Positions 8,629 through 15,990 of a stretch of DNA of 64,000 nt are shown piece after piece. Position 1 is the stretch's first letter, and the number at the start of each line of letters is the position of its first letter. This DNA is from a virus, in IMG/VR virus record IMGVR_UViG_3300027648_000001, positions 1 through 64,000 of that record. One strand, given 5' to 3'. Below the pieces are notes generated by a model that searched no databases, had not been told where the DNA came from, and saw nothing but the letters and a program-made list of their open reading frames with translations. Made by a program: the position numbers and the translations under genes.

Positions 8629-8653
8629 AGAACCCCTCCAAGCGGGCAGGTTG

Positions 8654-8970
8654 CCCTAGTGAGATGATATCTCAAATCAAGAGCAAAGCAAGGGTATTCG
8701 TGGTACTATACCTTAACCTTCTAGGCACAAAGAACCTTAGTACTATGAATGAGTTACGCGGTCGCTTTGTCCCAATTGGGATGTATTGGGCCTAGCTGCT
8801 AGATCATTCAAACTATACCGTGGCTAGGAGGCTATTAGACGAACGCTAGGCCATTGCCTGATACCCTACCAGCTAGGAAAACGCTCTGTGCTTCCCTGCC
8901 CGACTAGAACGCTATAGGCGCAGTCCGCCCACCGGCAAGCTAGTACTAGCAGTCCTGTACGTACTAGGAG
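8654..8970. promoter_or_regulatory. CTAG-rich divergent intergenic control region
   Basis: No credible ORF. 11 CTAG tetramers in about 315 nt (5 as CTAGG), plus GTAC-rich palindromes. Lies between the leftward and rightward gene blocks. Confidence 0.5.
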
Positions 8971-9062
8971 TACTGGTACCTGCAAGGGGTTACCCACCTC
9001 TATTTTACCTACCCCAAAAATTGGCTCAGTACTGGAGCCATAATTTTTTATTTAGATTTTTG

Positions 9063-9090
9063 TTGTTCGCTTGTTGTTTTATGGTATAGT
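9063..9090 (+). promoter_or_regulatory. sigma70-type promoter carrying the TTCGCTTGTTGTT motif
   Basis: TTGTTC-N16-TGgTATAGT (extended -10), 23 nt upstream of the 9113 start. Confidence 0.5.
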
Positions 9091-9112
9091 ACAAGGGGCG
9101 TAGGACTACATT

Positions 9113-9535
9113 ATGCCTAAAAGAATATGGCCAAGGTGGAAAGTTGATCCTGTGACTGGGTGTTGGAACTGGTTACTTTACAAAAGCAAGAAAGGGTATG
9201 CCAAGGAAACAGTAAAGGAAGGGGATAAATTCGTGAGGCGGTTAGCACACAAGCAAGCATGGATAAAGAAATACGGGGCGGTGCCTAATAAATTAGAACT
9301 GGATCACCGCTGCAATAACAGGGGGTGTGTAAACCCTGACCACCTGGAACCAAAACGTAAGTTGGATAATATGCGCCGGGCCGGGCAGGTAACCCTGACC
9401 GAAGATGATGTGCGGGCAATTAGAGTAATGCGGGCGCTCGGCTCCACCTACAAAGAGTTAGGAGAAGAGTACGGGGTTCGGCCGGACCATATCCAGGACA
9501 TTATGCAGGGCAAGTATTGGAAAACCGTGAAATAA
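9113..9535 (+). CDS. HNH endonuclease
   Basis: LELDHRCNNRGCVNPDHLE HNH signature followed by a C-terminal HTH-like region. Confidence 0.8.
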   Translation: MPKRIWPRWKVDPVTGCWNWLLYKSKKGYAKETVKEGDKFVRRLAHKQAWIKKYGAVPNKLELDHRCNNRGCVNPDHLEPKRKLDNMRRAGQVTLTEDDVRAIRVMRALGSTYKELGEEYGVRPDHIQDIMQGKYWKTVK

Positions 9536-9550
9536 TTTTTAGTTTTCCGC

Positions 9551-9579
9551 TTGCTGTTTTTGTTTTTGTAGTGTATTGG
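9551..9579 (+). promoter_or_regulatory. promoter with the TTCCGCTTGCTGTT motif
   Basis: TTGCTG-N17-TATTGG. Confidence 0.4.
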
Positions 9580-9591
9580 TGTTGGTAGACT

Positions 9592-9665
9592 GGGGAGCCA
9601 ATAGCACCCGCTGAAGGTCAATGATCCTTCCGCGCGAGGTTCGGACTAAAGCGTGGTGGCTCCCC
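9592..9665 (+). ncRNA. structured 5' leader RNA (function unknown)
   Basis: 8-bp closing stem GGGGAGCC/GGCTCCCC, inner stem GCACC-CGC/GCG-GGTG and hairpin GAAGG/CCTTC. It starts about 6 nt after the predicted TSS and ends just before a GCTTGGAGG SD. Confidence 0.35.
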
Positions 9666-9754
9666 AGCAAAGGCTTGGAGGAATAATGCACGGGCAAAAA
9701 ATGGATGAATAAGATCGCAAGGCGCTGTTTCCGACCAAGAAAGAGGTTTATGAG

Positions 9755-9943
9755 ATGCTGGGGCTGGCCGAAGAGTGGTTGCGGGAACAAGCGGACCCGG
9801 ACGCGCTGTGGAGCGGCGGAAAGGTAGTAAAGGAATGGGACACGAATGACAATTCTCTGGGAGGCACGACGTACTGCGTCTTTACTGATGTGAACGGAGT
9901 CCGTGTCTATCTCTACGGAACAATTAGCGTGGAGAGCCATTGA
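9755..9943 (+). CDS. hypothetical protein (62 aa)
   Basis: ORF track. AAAGAGG SD. Confidence 0.45.
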   Translation: MLGLAEEWLREQADPDALWSGGKVVKEWDTNDNSLGGTTYCVFTDVNGVRVYLYGTISVESH

Positions 9944-10001
9944 CTTTGCCTTTGCGCGATTTGGACTCTGCCGTTACGCGCCGATTCAAGGGGAGGGGTG
10001 A

Positions 10002-10259
10002 ATGATTCATGCGCTATTTTTTATCATGCTGGCATTTCAACAGGTCCAAAATACAGACACCAAAATCCAGCCGAAGCCTTGTGCAACTCTAGAAATATCT
10101 CGTCCTGAGCCGAAGTGGATCGTATATAAATGTTTTCAAGGCTGTTCTTACTCAAACGACCCAAATATTCATTACAACAAGCACCCTATTTGCCCGACCG
10201 GATGGAAATTGGACTGGAATGGTGGCGATGCCGCGTGGTGCATGGAGCCACGCCCATGA
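10002..10259 (+). CDS. small secreted Cys-rich protein (85 aa)
   Basis: ORF track. GGGGAGGGG SD. N-terminal hydrophobic signal-like segment. Confidence 0.55.
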   Translation: MIHALFFIMLAFQQVQNTDTKIQPKPCATLEISRPEPKWIVYKCFQGCSYSNDPNIHYNKHPICPTGWKLDWNGGDAAWCMEPRP

Positions 10260-10314
10260 CCCAACCAAACGTGAAATTGGTCCGCGCTGATGCCGCCGAT
10301 TAAAGGGAGGGAAA

Positions 10315-10506
10315 ATGTTTGGGTTCCGAGAAACTTTCTTTGGGATAGTGAGCGGGATTTGCTGGTTCGCGCTCACAGTCTGGGTTGGGGGATTGTTCTA
10401 TATTCCCTGGAGGAGCGCGGAGAAAGTTCAGTGGTGGAGATGGGGCTGCCTGATTATCGCGGTACTTATGTTTGCAGCTGGCATGGCCTTTGTGGTGTCG
10501 CGATGA
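10315..10506 (+). CDS. membrane protein (63 aa)
   Basis: ORF track. AAAGGGAGGGAAA SD. Two hydrophobic segments. Preferred over the overlapping 10290..10676 frame. Confidence 0.5.
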   Translation: MFGFRETFFGIVSGICWFALTVWVGGLFYIPWRSAEKVQWWRWGCLIIAVLMFAAGMAFVVSR

Positions 10507-10676
10507 CCCAACCAAGTGACGCGCGGAGATCGAAATGGAGAAAGCCTACTATATGGGACATCTTCATTTTGATATTCAGCCTTCCTATTTGGATTATAGC
10601 GGCGGCAGCCGAATACTACTGCAATGAGAAGCACATTGAACGAAGGAGAGTGCCCCGAGCAGGAGGAAAAGAATGA
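10503..10676 (+). CDS. membrane peptide (57 aa)
   Basis: Hand-trimmed. ATGA coupling. IFILIFSLPIWIIAAAA TM segment. Confidence 0.4.
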   Translation: MTQPSDARRSKWRKPTIWDIFILIFSLPIWIIAAAAEYYCNEKHIERRRVPRAGGKE

Positions 10677-10850
10677 GCCTATTGAGGTTGTTTTACGACT
10701 ACCCGGTTACCACTATTATTTTTATGCTGATCTGCGGTGGATTTGTGACCGATTGGATTTATCAGGCACGGAGAAAGAAGTGAGGCCCAAGCCGGGCAGG
10801 GAAAGTTTCGGAATCTTAAAATGCCGTAAAACAAAAGGGGGTGATGCCAC

Positions 10851-10994
10851 TTGATAAGACACTACCTGACCTTGACACTACTAAGCCTAGTGATTTTTGG
10901 CTGGATGGGTTGCACTGGCGCTGTACGGGTGGAACCAGTGGGACTTGCACAACAGAAATCCTTGGCAACGGGTCAGAATAGCGAGGCCACATGA
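10851..10994 (+). CDS. small putative lipoprotein (47 aa, TTG start)
   Basis: Hand-read (M)IRHYLTLTLLSLVIFGWMGC..., a signal peptide ending in a lipobox-like GWMG-C. AAGGGGG SD. Confidence 0.35.
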   Translation: MIRHYLTLTLLSLVIFGWMGCTGAVRVEPVGLAQQKSLATGQNSEAT

Positions 10995-11232
10995 CACCTG
11001 CTAGTGTGGAGCCGCCAATGGTAGCAGGTTCTTTTTATGTGCGCTAGAGGCTGCCTTAGGAGAGAAGCCTTGACTGAAGCCGACACAGAACGAAGGACAC
11101 GAGCACTTATGTCTGTGTTCCGATGACGCGTGTTTCCCTCTCGCCTCGCGGCGGCTGGCGCTGCTTTTGGCTAAAGTGAAGAAGCAGGGAGAGGCCCAGG
11201 GGTTTGAGCTTAGCAAACCGTACGGAGGGTAA

Positions 11233-11706
11233 ATGAAAAAATCTGAGGTCTTAGCGGGCGGCCTGGTGGCTGTAGCATTCGGCCTTGCAGTCTGGGCCTG
11301 CATAATGGTCCTTGAAACGCACCGAAAATCCGTCTCAATTGAGACTCCTAAAACATCCGGGACCATCGTAATGGACATCCCCAAGATGCCAGAAGATCCA
11401 GGCTGGCTTAAGCAGTTGCGAGCCGTAGCTAAGGACCAAAAGGTCAATTTCGCTATTTACTGCTGGCAAGAAAATGACTTTTTTGCAGTAGCTTGGCCTT
11501 ACGGTGCTAAGCGGACCAGGGATATCGAGGATGGTGGACAAGGTGAATGGATCGCTCGTCAGCCTACCCAGGAGCTTGCGGGAACTGAATTGATGGAGGT
11601 TATCTATACCAGGTCCGGTGATGATTGGTTTCCGCCAAAACACAAAGAACCGCTAAACGAAAAGAAGACATGCCCGTCAGAGATTACTGGCGGCGAGGAC
11701 AAATGA
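11233..11706 (+). CDS. membrane-anchored protein (157 aa)
   Basis: ORF track. GGAGGG SD. N-terminal TM segment. Confidence 0.6.
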   Translation: MKKSEVLAGGLVAVAFGLAVWACIMVLETHRKSVSIETPKTSGTIVMDIPKMPEDPGWLKQLRAVAKDQKVNFAIYCWQENDFFAVAWPYGAKRTRDIEDGGQGEWIARQPTQELAGTELMEVIYTRSGDDWFPPKHKEPLNEKKTCPSEITGGEDK

Positions 11707-11819
11707 AGTACTGGATGGGATATTTCTGGATTTTATTTCTATTAGTCCTCATTGCCGTGGGCCTGTGGTCCGACTATCGTGAAGCGAAAAAGGGTTCTAA
11801 ATCTAAACCAAAGAGGTGA
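11703..11819 (+). CDS. small membrane peptide (38 aa)
   Basis: Hand-trimmed. ATGA coupling. MKYWMGYFWILFLLVLIAVGLW. Confidence 0.4.
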   Translation: MKYWMGYFWILFLLVLIAVGLWSDYREAKKGSKSKPKR

Positions 11820-11822
11820 GCA

Positions 11823-12266
11823 ATGAGACTAAGCGATGCGATTATGACCGGAAGCGTGGTAATTGAAAAGACGGACTCGACTACTTACTGTGGCTGCGCT
11901 CTGGCCATGGGCCTGTTAGGCGTAGGGCAAAAGCCCTGCGAACCGGTAGTGGAAAGAGAAACCCATCCGTTTGAATGGGACTTTGAATTCCATCACGTAA
12001 GCAGTATCTGGAAGGATGCTGCTTGTCGCGAATGGCCTTGGATTAGAAAATCATTTAAAATCCCACAGGACCTCGTAGGAGCAGTGTTTACTTCGAATCT
12101 ATATTCGATTTTCGCCATAGACATCATTAGCGTCATGTTCCGTAGGGTTGCCGATGGCAAAATCACCCTCGAACAGCTTGTGGATTGGGTCCGCGCCAAT
12201 GAACCGGAGGAAGTGGTAAATCAATTACAGGAGATTGTCCATGAACCAGACTTTGCGCGAGCATAA
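11823..12266 (+). CDS. hypothetical protein (147 aa)
   Basis: ORF track. AGAGGTGAGCA-ATG. Confidence 0.6.
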   Translation: MRLSDAIMTGSVVIEKTDSTTYCGCALAMGLLGVGQKPCEPVVERETHPFEWDFEFHHVSSIWKDAACREWPWIRKSFKIPQDLVGAVFTSNLYSIFAIDIISVMFRRVADGKITLEQLVDWVRANEPEEVVNQLQEIVHEPDFARA

Positions 12267-12645
12267 ACAAGTAATGCGTTCATTTATCCGGGAACATTAT
12301 ACCGACCAGCGCTTAGCCGAAGTCTTGGCCCATGCTCAGGACGGTAAATTCAGTTACCGTTCCTGCTGCTGTCTAATCGGTGCGGCCACCGCCAACCATC
12401 CCCTGCGGGAGGAAGACGACTATAGTGATGATCTTCACTACGCCAAAGCGCGCCAGTTGAACAACGCAGTGTCGGCGGAACTATCGTACGCCTGCCCTAG
12501 CGGTCACTTTGAGGATTCCCCTTCCGATAAAGGCCGACGCCTGCTAATCATTCCCATTCTCCGCGCCGAACAAAAACGCCGGGCTAGGCTAAAGGAACTG
12601 CATGACCTTCTATGTATTGACCAAACGGTCTGCGCCCAGCGATAG
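12241..12645 (+). CDS. hypothetical protein (134 aa)
   Basis: ORF track, trimmed to the first ATG. TAG stop. Confidence 0.55.
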   Translation: MNQTLREHKQVMRSFIREHYTDQRLAEVLAHAQDGKFSYRSCCCLIGAATANHPLREEDDYSDDLHYAKARQLNNAVSAELSYACPSGHFEDSPSDKGRRLLIIPILRAEQKRRARLKELHDLLCIDQTVCAQR

Positions 12646-12880
12646 CGGGAAGCTGACGCACCAGATTTATGGCTGCACTCACCATATCCAAGAGGCTCGC
12701 GCCTGGTTTAAGGCTACCGTCGTAACCGACGTCGTAGAGCTTAAAACCGACGCCGATCCTCATAACCTGGCCAGAGAACTCTATTCGGCCATCAATGATG
12801 TACGGCAGGAATCCTGGCGGGAGATCCAGTTCCGCCACGAAAAAGAATTAGCAGCACAAATAAAAGGGAGCGCACTATGA
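12602..12880 (+). CDS. hypothetical protein (92 aa)
   Basis: ORF track. Overlaps both neighbours. Confidence 0.5.
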   Translation: MTFYVLTKRSAPSDSGKLTHQIYGCTHHIQEARAWFKATVVTDVVELKTDADPHNLARELYSAINDVRQESWREIQFRHEKELAAQIKGSAL

Positions 12881-13458
12881 AAAACGTATTGCTGGCAGCA
12901 CTGTTTGTTTTACTTTTCACCTTCACCGTACGGGCCGATAGCGGGGACGTAACCGTTGTCTTTAGTGAAATCGTTTTGCCGGTTAACAACTCGTATCCGC
13001 AAGGTTTCTTCGTGACGGAAGGCCAGTGTCTCGACGTTATGATGGGTACGGATAACTTGACTTTCTACTCCACCATTGCCGTAACCTTGCCCGTCTCAGT
13101 CGCCTATTCAGGGCAGTTTGGCTGGATGCCCGTTGACTGGAGCATTGAGAATTTTGCCGCCGACTGGACACTGTTTCTGGACCAGTGGAACAACTTGCCG
13201 GGCGTCGTTATTTCAGACGTCAGCGTTAGGGAATCGCCCTGTCCGCCAAGCGTTCCGGAATCCAGTGAATGGATGATGCTATTTACCGGCATCCTGGGAT
13301 TAGTCGCATTGAAGTGGGGCCAGCGCGCTACGGAAAGAGAAAAAATACTCGTCTCTAACATGGAAGTCAATGGCTGGAAAAGAGTTATCACGAACGATAA
13401 TTCGTGGCGTTGGACTCAGCCATTAGAAAAGAGTGACGTTGTATTGGACTGGCCGTAG
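12877..13458 (+). CDS. secreted protein with an internal PEP-CTERM-like segment
   Basis: Signal peptide MKNVLLAALFVLLFTFTVRA. VPESSEWMMLFTGILGLVALKWGQR resembles a PEP-CTERM sorting signal. TAG stop. Confidence 0.6.
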   Translation: MKNVLLAALFVLLFTFTVRADSGDVTVVFSEIVLPVNNSYPQGFFVTEGQCLDVMMGTDNLTFYSTIAVTLPVSVAYSGQFGWMPVDWSIENFAADWTLFLDQWNNLPGVVISDVSVRESPCPPSVPESSEWMMLFTGILGLVALKWGQRATEREKILVSNMEVNGWKRVITNDNSWRWTQPLEKSDVVLDWP

Positions 13459-13469
13459 AAAGGGTTCCC

Positions 13470-13742
13470 TTGGACAGACCGAAAGGGATGTGTCTTACCG
13501 AGAAGGGATATTTCCGTATAAAAGCTGGCCCGCTGCGGGACCAATACGCGCATCGGGCTTACGCCGACCGGCAGATGATGGAAAGTCATGGGCGGCACTT
13601 ACGGAACGATGAAGAGGTCCACCATCTTTGCCGCAACAGAAAGTGCTGGCCGCCTAGCGATTTCCATCTTTGTATCATGCAGGACGTTTTGCACCATTTT
13701 ATCGATGCCGGAACCGCCCCCTACCGTAAAATGAAGAAGTGA
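13470..13742 (+). CDS. small HNH-like endonuclease
   Basis: EVHHLCRNRKCWPPSDFHL motif. Start uncertain (TTG 13470 or ATG 13488). Confidence 0.55.
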   Translation: MDRPKGMCLTEKGYFRIKAGPLRDQYAHRAYADRQMMESHGRHLRNDEEVHHLCRNRKCWPPSDFHLCIMQDVLHHFIDAGTAPYRKMKK

Positions 13743-13751
13743 TTTTCTCGC

Positions 13752-13780
13752 TTGCTGTTTCCTGGTTCTTGGTGTAGGAT
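13752..13780 (+). promoter_or_regulatory. promoter with the TTCTCGCTTGCTGTT motif
   Basis: TTGCTG-N17-TAGGAT, 20 nt upstream of the GGGAGGGAG SD of the 13801 gene. Confidence 0.5.
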
Positions 13781-13800
13781 GCTTCCAATTGGGAGGGAGT

Positions 13801-14616
13801 ATGAGTTATTGGGAGATTGTTCTTGCGGGATCTACGCAGCGGATGCTGTTCCGCAGGCGCAAGCAAGTTGCGATCAAAGTTAAGAATCTCCCTAACGTAG
13901 TTCGTTTTTACACCGACTATCCCGCCCTTCCCATAAAAGACGTTCCCATATCCAAGGTAGGCAACTCTTACAGTCTTTTTACTGCACATCGCAACTATGC
14001 CGCCAAGCTTATAGGTATGGGAGTGAATATTGATTGGGTTAAGCGGCCTAATCTTTTCGCGGCCTACGTCAATATGGGAGTGTCGAACGAACCGGAGATC
14101 AGTGCTTCTAAACAGGTGGCCGATCCGGAATACGAAATGAACTTGACGGAGGCGTTGGTAGGTTTCAAGTCCTGGAACATCAAACAAGACCGTCTTCTAA
14201 TGACAACTTATTCTCAAGTCTGGAAGCCGGGCGAAGCCGTTGTGGCATTTTGTCCTAATAAGGGCTGCCAGAAGTCGCCGGGACTGGAAGATTGTTCTTG
14301 CGGGATCTACGCAGCGGATGCTGCCGAGACTGCCCATACATACGGGAAAATTCACGGCAAGATTTATGGCTGGGGACGTTATGTTCGCGGCGATTCCGGT
14401 TGGCGAGCAGAATTTGCCTATCCCCACTCTTTCCTTCTTGGGCCGGAGCAGATAAAGTATGTCGATTTACTGAAGGAATTTCACGTTCCGATTTACGTTA
14501 CTACACCGACGCGCATTTACTCGCCGGAAGAGGATGGTTTTGCGGAGGCTGAATGCGAGAGCGATGGGTTGGAATCTTCAATGAAAGATACGACGTATCC
14601 AACTACGGAAGAGTAA
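13801..14616 (+). CDS. conserved phage protein with a CxCGIYA motif
   Basis: ORF track, trimmed to the ATG after GGGAGGGAGT. The C-terminal half (WKPGE...CSCGIYAA...GWGRYVRGDSGWRAEFAYP) resembles a recurrent phage family. Confidence 0.65.
   Translation: MSYWEIVLAGSTQRMLFRRRKQVAIKVKNLPNVVRFYTDYPALPIKDVPISKVGNSYSLFTAHRNYAAKLIGMGVNIDWVKRPNLFAAYVNMGVSNEPEISASKQVADPEYEMNLTEALVGFKSWNIKQDRLLMTTYSQVWKPGEAVVAFCPNKGCQKSPGLEDCSCGIYAADAAETAHTYGKIHGKIYGWGRYVRGDSGWRAEFAYPHSFLLGPEQIKYVDLLKEFHVPIYVTTPTRIYSPEEDGFAEAECESDGLESSMKDTTYPTTEE
13810..13848 (+). repeat. direct repeat copy 1 (39 nt, 1 mismatch)
   Basis: TGGgAGATTGTTCTTGCGGGATCTACGCAGCGGATGCTG, read here as WEIVLAGSTQRML. Confidence 0.9.
14285..14323 (+). 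repeat. direct repeat copy 2 (39 nt)
   Basis: TGGaAGATTGTTCTTGCGGGATCTACGCAGCGGATGCTG, read here in another frame as LEDCSCGIYAADA. 475 nt downstream of copy 1. Confidence 0.9.
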
Positions 14617-15143
14617 GGAATAGCAGATCCGGTCGCCTACTTAAACCACGGCTTAATGCAGATGGTTATCTGGTTGTAGAATTGCGTCCGGAGGAAAATT
14701 TAAGATTCAGTACTTCCGTTCATGTGCTTGTTGCTGCGGCGTTTATTGGTCCACGCCCACCAGGCAAAGAAGTTAATCACAAGGACGGAATAAAGACTAC
14801 AAACGCACCGAAAAACCTAGAATATGTAACCCATGATGAGAACATGAAACATGCCAAAACATTTGGACTGTTAAATCCTAGGGTCGGTGAGCTAAATGGT
14901 GCCTCTAAGTTAAAAGAGAAAGATGTTCAGTACATACGAAGGTATATGCAAAACGTACGCTGGGCAAGACGTGGTTTTGGCATGAGCCTTTTGGCGGAAA
15001 AGTATGGGGTTAAAGTTGGTACAGTACAGGCAGTTGTATATGGTAGAATCTGGAAATCTGTTCTGATTGGAGAGGACCATGCAAATCGGAAAAACTCATC
15101 GGATAGGAATAGCAGAACCACTGAAATCACCCATACCTCGTAA
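14553..15143 (+). CDS. HNH homing endonuclease (NUMOD4 + HNH_3-like)
   Basis: YDVSNYGRVRNSRSGR (NUMOD4-like), then VHVLVAAAFIGP...VNHKDGIKTTNAPKNLEYVTHDENMKH. Overlaps the upstream gene by 64 nt. Confidence 0.85.
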   Translation: MRERWVGIFNERYDVSNYGRVRNSRSGRLLKPRLNADGYLVVELRPEENLRFSTSVHVLVAAAFIGPRPPGKEVNHKDGIKTTNAPKNLEYVTHDENMKHAKTFGLLNPRVGELNGASKLKEKDVQYIRRYMQNVRWARRGFGMSLLAEKYGVKVGTVQAVVYGRIWKSVLIGEDHANRKNSSDRNSRTTEITHTS

Positions 15144-15196
15144 GATTGAGCAGCCGGTTAAGAAAGAAGAGCCGGTCCCCGTAGAGAAGTAGCTAG

Positions 15197-15240
15197 AAAT
15201 TCCTTGAAAAACAGGGCACGAACGGGCAGCGTGGGGGTGT
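15197..15240 (+). promoter_or_regulatory. two-block conserved motif, copy 1
   Basis: AAATTCCTTGAAAA-N14-GGCAGCGTGGGGGTGT, immediately upstream of and overlapping the 15239 start. Confidence 0.5.
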
Positions 15241-15982
15241 GTTTGCCAACTTCGCTTATGCTCTAGCCCTGATTATTCTGTTGCTCGCGCCGCAGCGTGG
15301 TACGGGCGACTTTCGCGGTCCTTTTTTCGACCCTTTCCCCATTGGCGCAGCCTGGTCGATGAAAAATAATACGACCGGCTACGTTACCACCTTCCAAGTC
15401 TTAGCACTTACGCCGCAAACCAGCTATTCCTGCTTCACTCCTGCCATTTCGAGCATGATGGTAGATGTCAGAGTGCAGAAAACGCAGGCGGGGGCCTACT
15501 GGAATCCAGGCGTTCCCGACAACATTGATTACTACGTGCTAAAAAGCGCCGCTTGGGGTCCGTTTATCTTCGAAGAAATCACTTCGTCCATGCTAAATCC
15601 TTCCAACGTACTGAATACGACCTATTTTTTCGTCGGACATGGCGATTCTCCGTACGGAATGATGGAGCGAAGCTCTTCCACCTTCTGGAATCAGGTCCAG
15701 GACAGCGGCTCGACCAACACTTGCCACACTTATCCGTCTAGTTTTCCTGAAACATGGAGTACGGCCATGACGGTAGAGACACGCACCACGCCGGTTTGGT
15801 CCGGCCCAGTGAATTGTGCGTTGTATAACTCAATTTCGACCACACAATTCCAGGAAAAGTGGTGTTTTGCCGCTGATCCAAAGAATAAATTCCCGCCCGC
15901 ACTGGTAGAGCTAGATGTGATAGTCGCGGCCGGAAATTCCGAGAATATAACGCTGCAAACGACGCAAATTACGAGCTTTTAA
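15239..15982 (+). CDS. secreted protein of unknown function (247 aa, GTG start)
   Basis: ORF track. Hydrophobic N-terminus FAYALALIILLLAPQ. Confidence 0.6.
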   Translation: MFANFAYALALIILLLAPQRGTGDFRGPFFDPFPIGAAWSMKNNTTGYVTTFQVLALTPQTSYSCFTPAISSMMVDVRVQKTQAGAYWNPGVPDNIDYYVLKSAAWGPFIFEEITSSMLNPSNVLNTTYFFVGHGDSPYGMMERSSSTFWNQVQDSGSTNTCHTYPSSFPETWSTAMTVETRTTPVWSGPVNCALYNSISTTQFQEKWCFAADPKNKFPPALVELDVIVAAGNSENITLQTTQITSF

Positions 15983-15990
15983 GGAAGAAA

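Noticed and set aside
9686-9760. In-frame TAA read-through linking the 8-codon mini-ORF to ORF 9755..9943
   Set aside because: No UUA-anticodon tRNA was found, and ORF 9755 has its own ATG with an AAAGAGG SD. The shared frame is most simply coincidence or a leader-peptide arrangement.
9539-9940. 133-aa minus-strand ORF
   Set aside because: It runs antisense to a promoter, a structured leader and SD-led plus-strand ORFs. It has no SD, and all neighbouring genes are on the plus strand.
10290-10676. 128-aa ORF covering 10290..10676
   Set aside because: The region is better explained by two SD-led or ATGA-coupled membrane-peptide genes (10315..10506 and 10503..10676). The long frame has no SD at its start.
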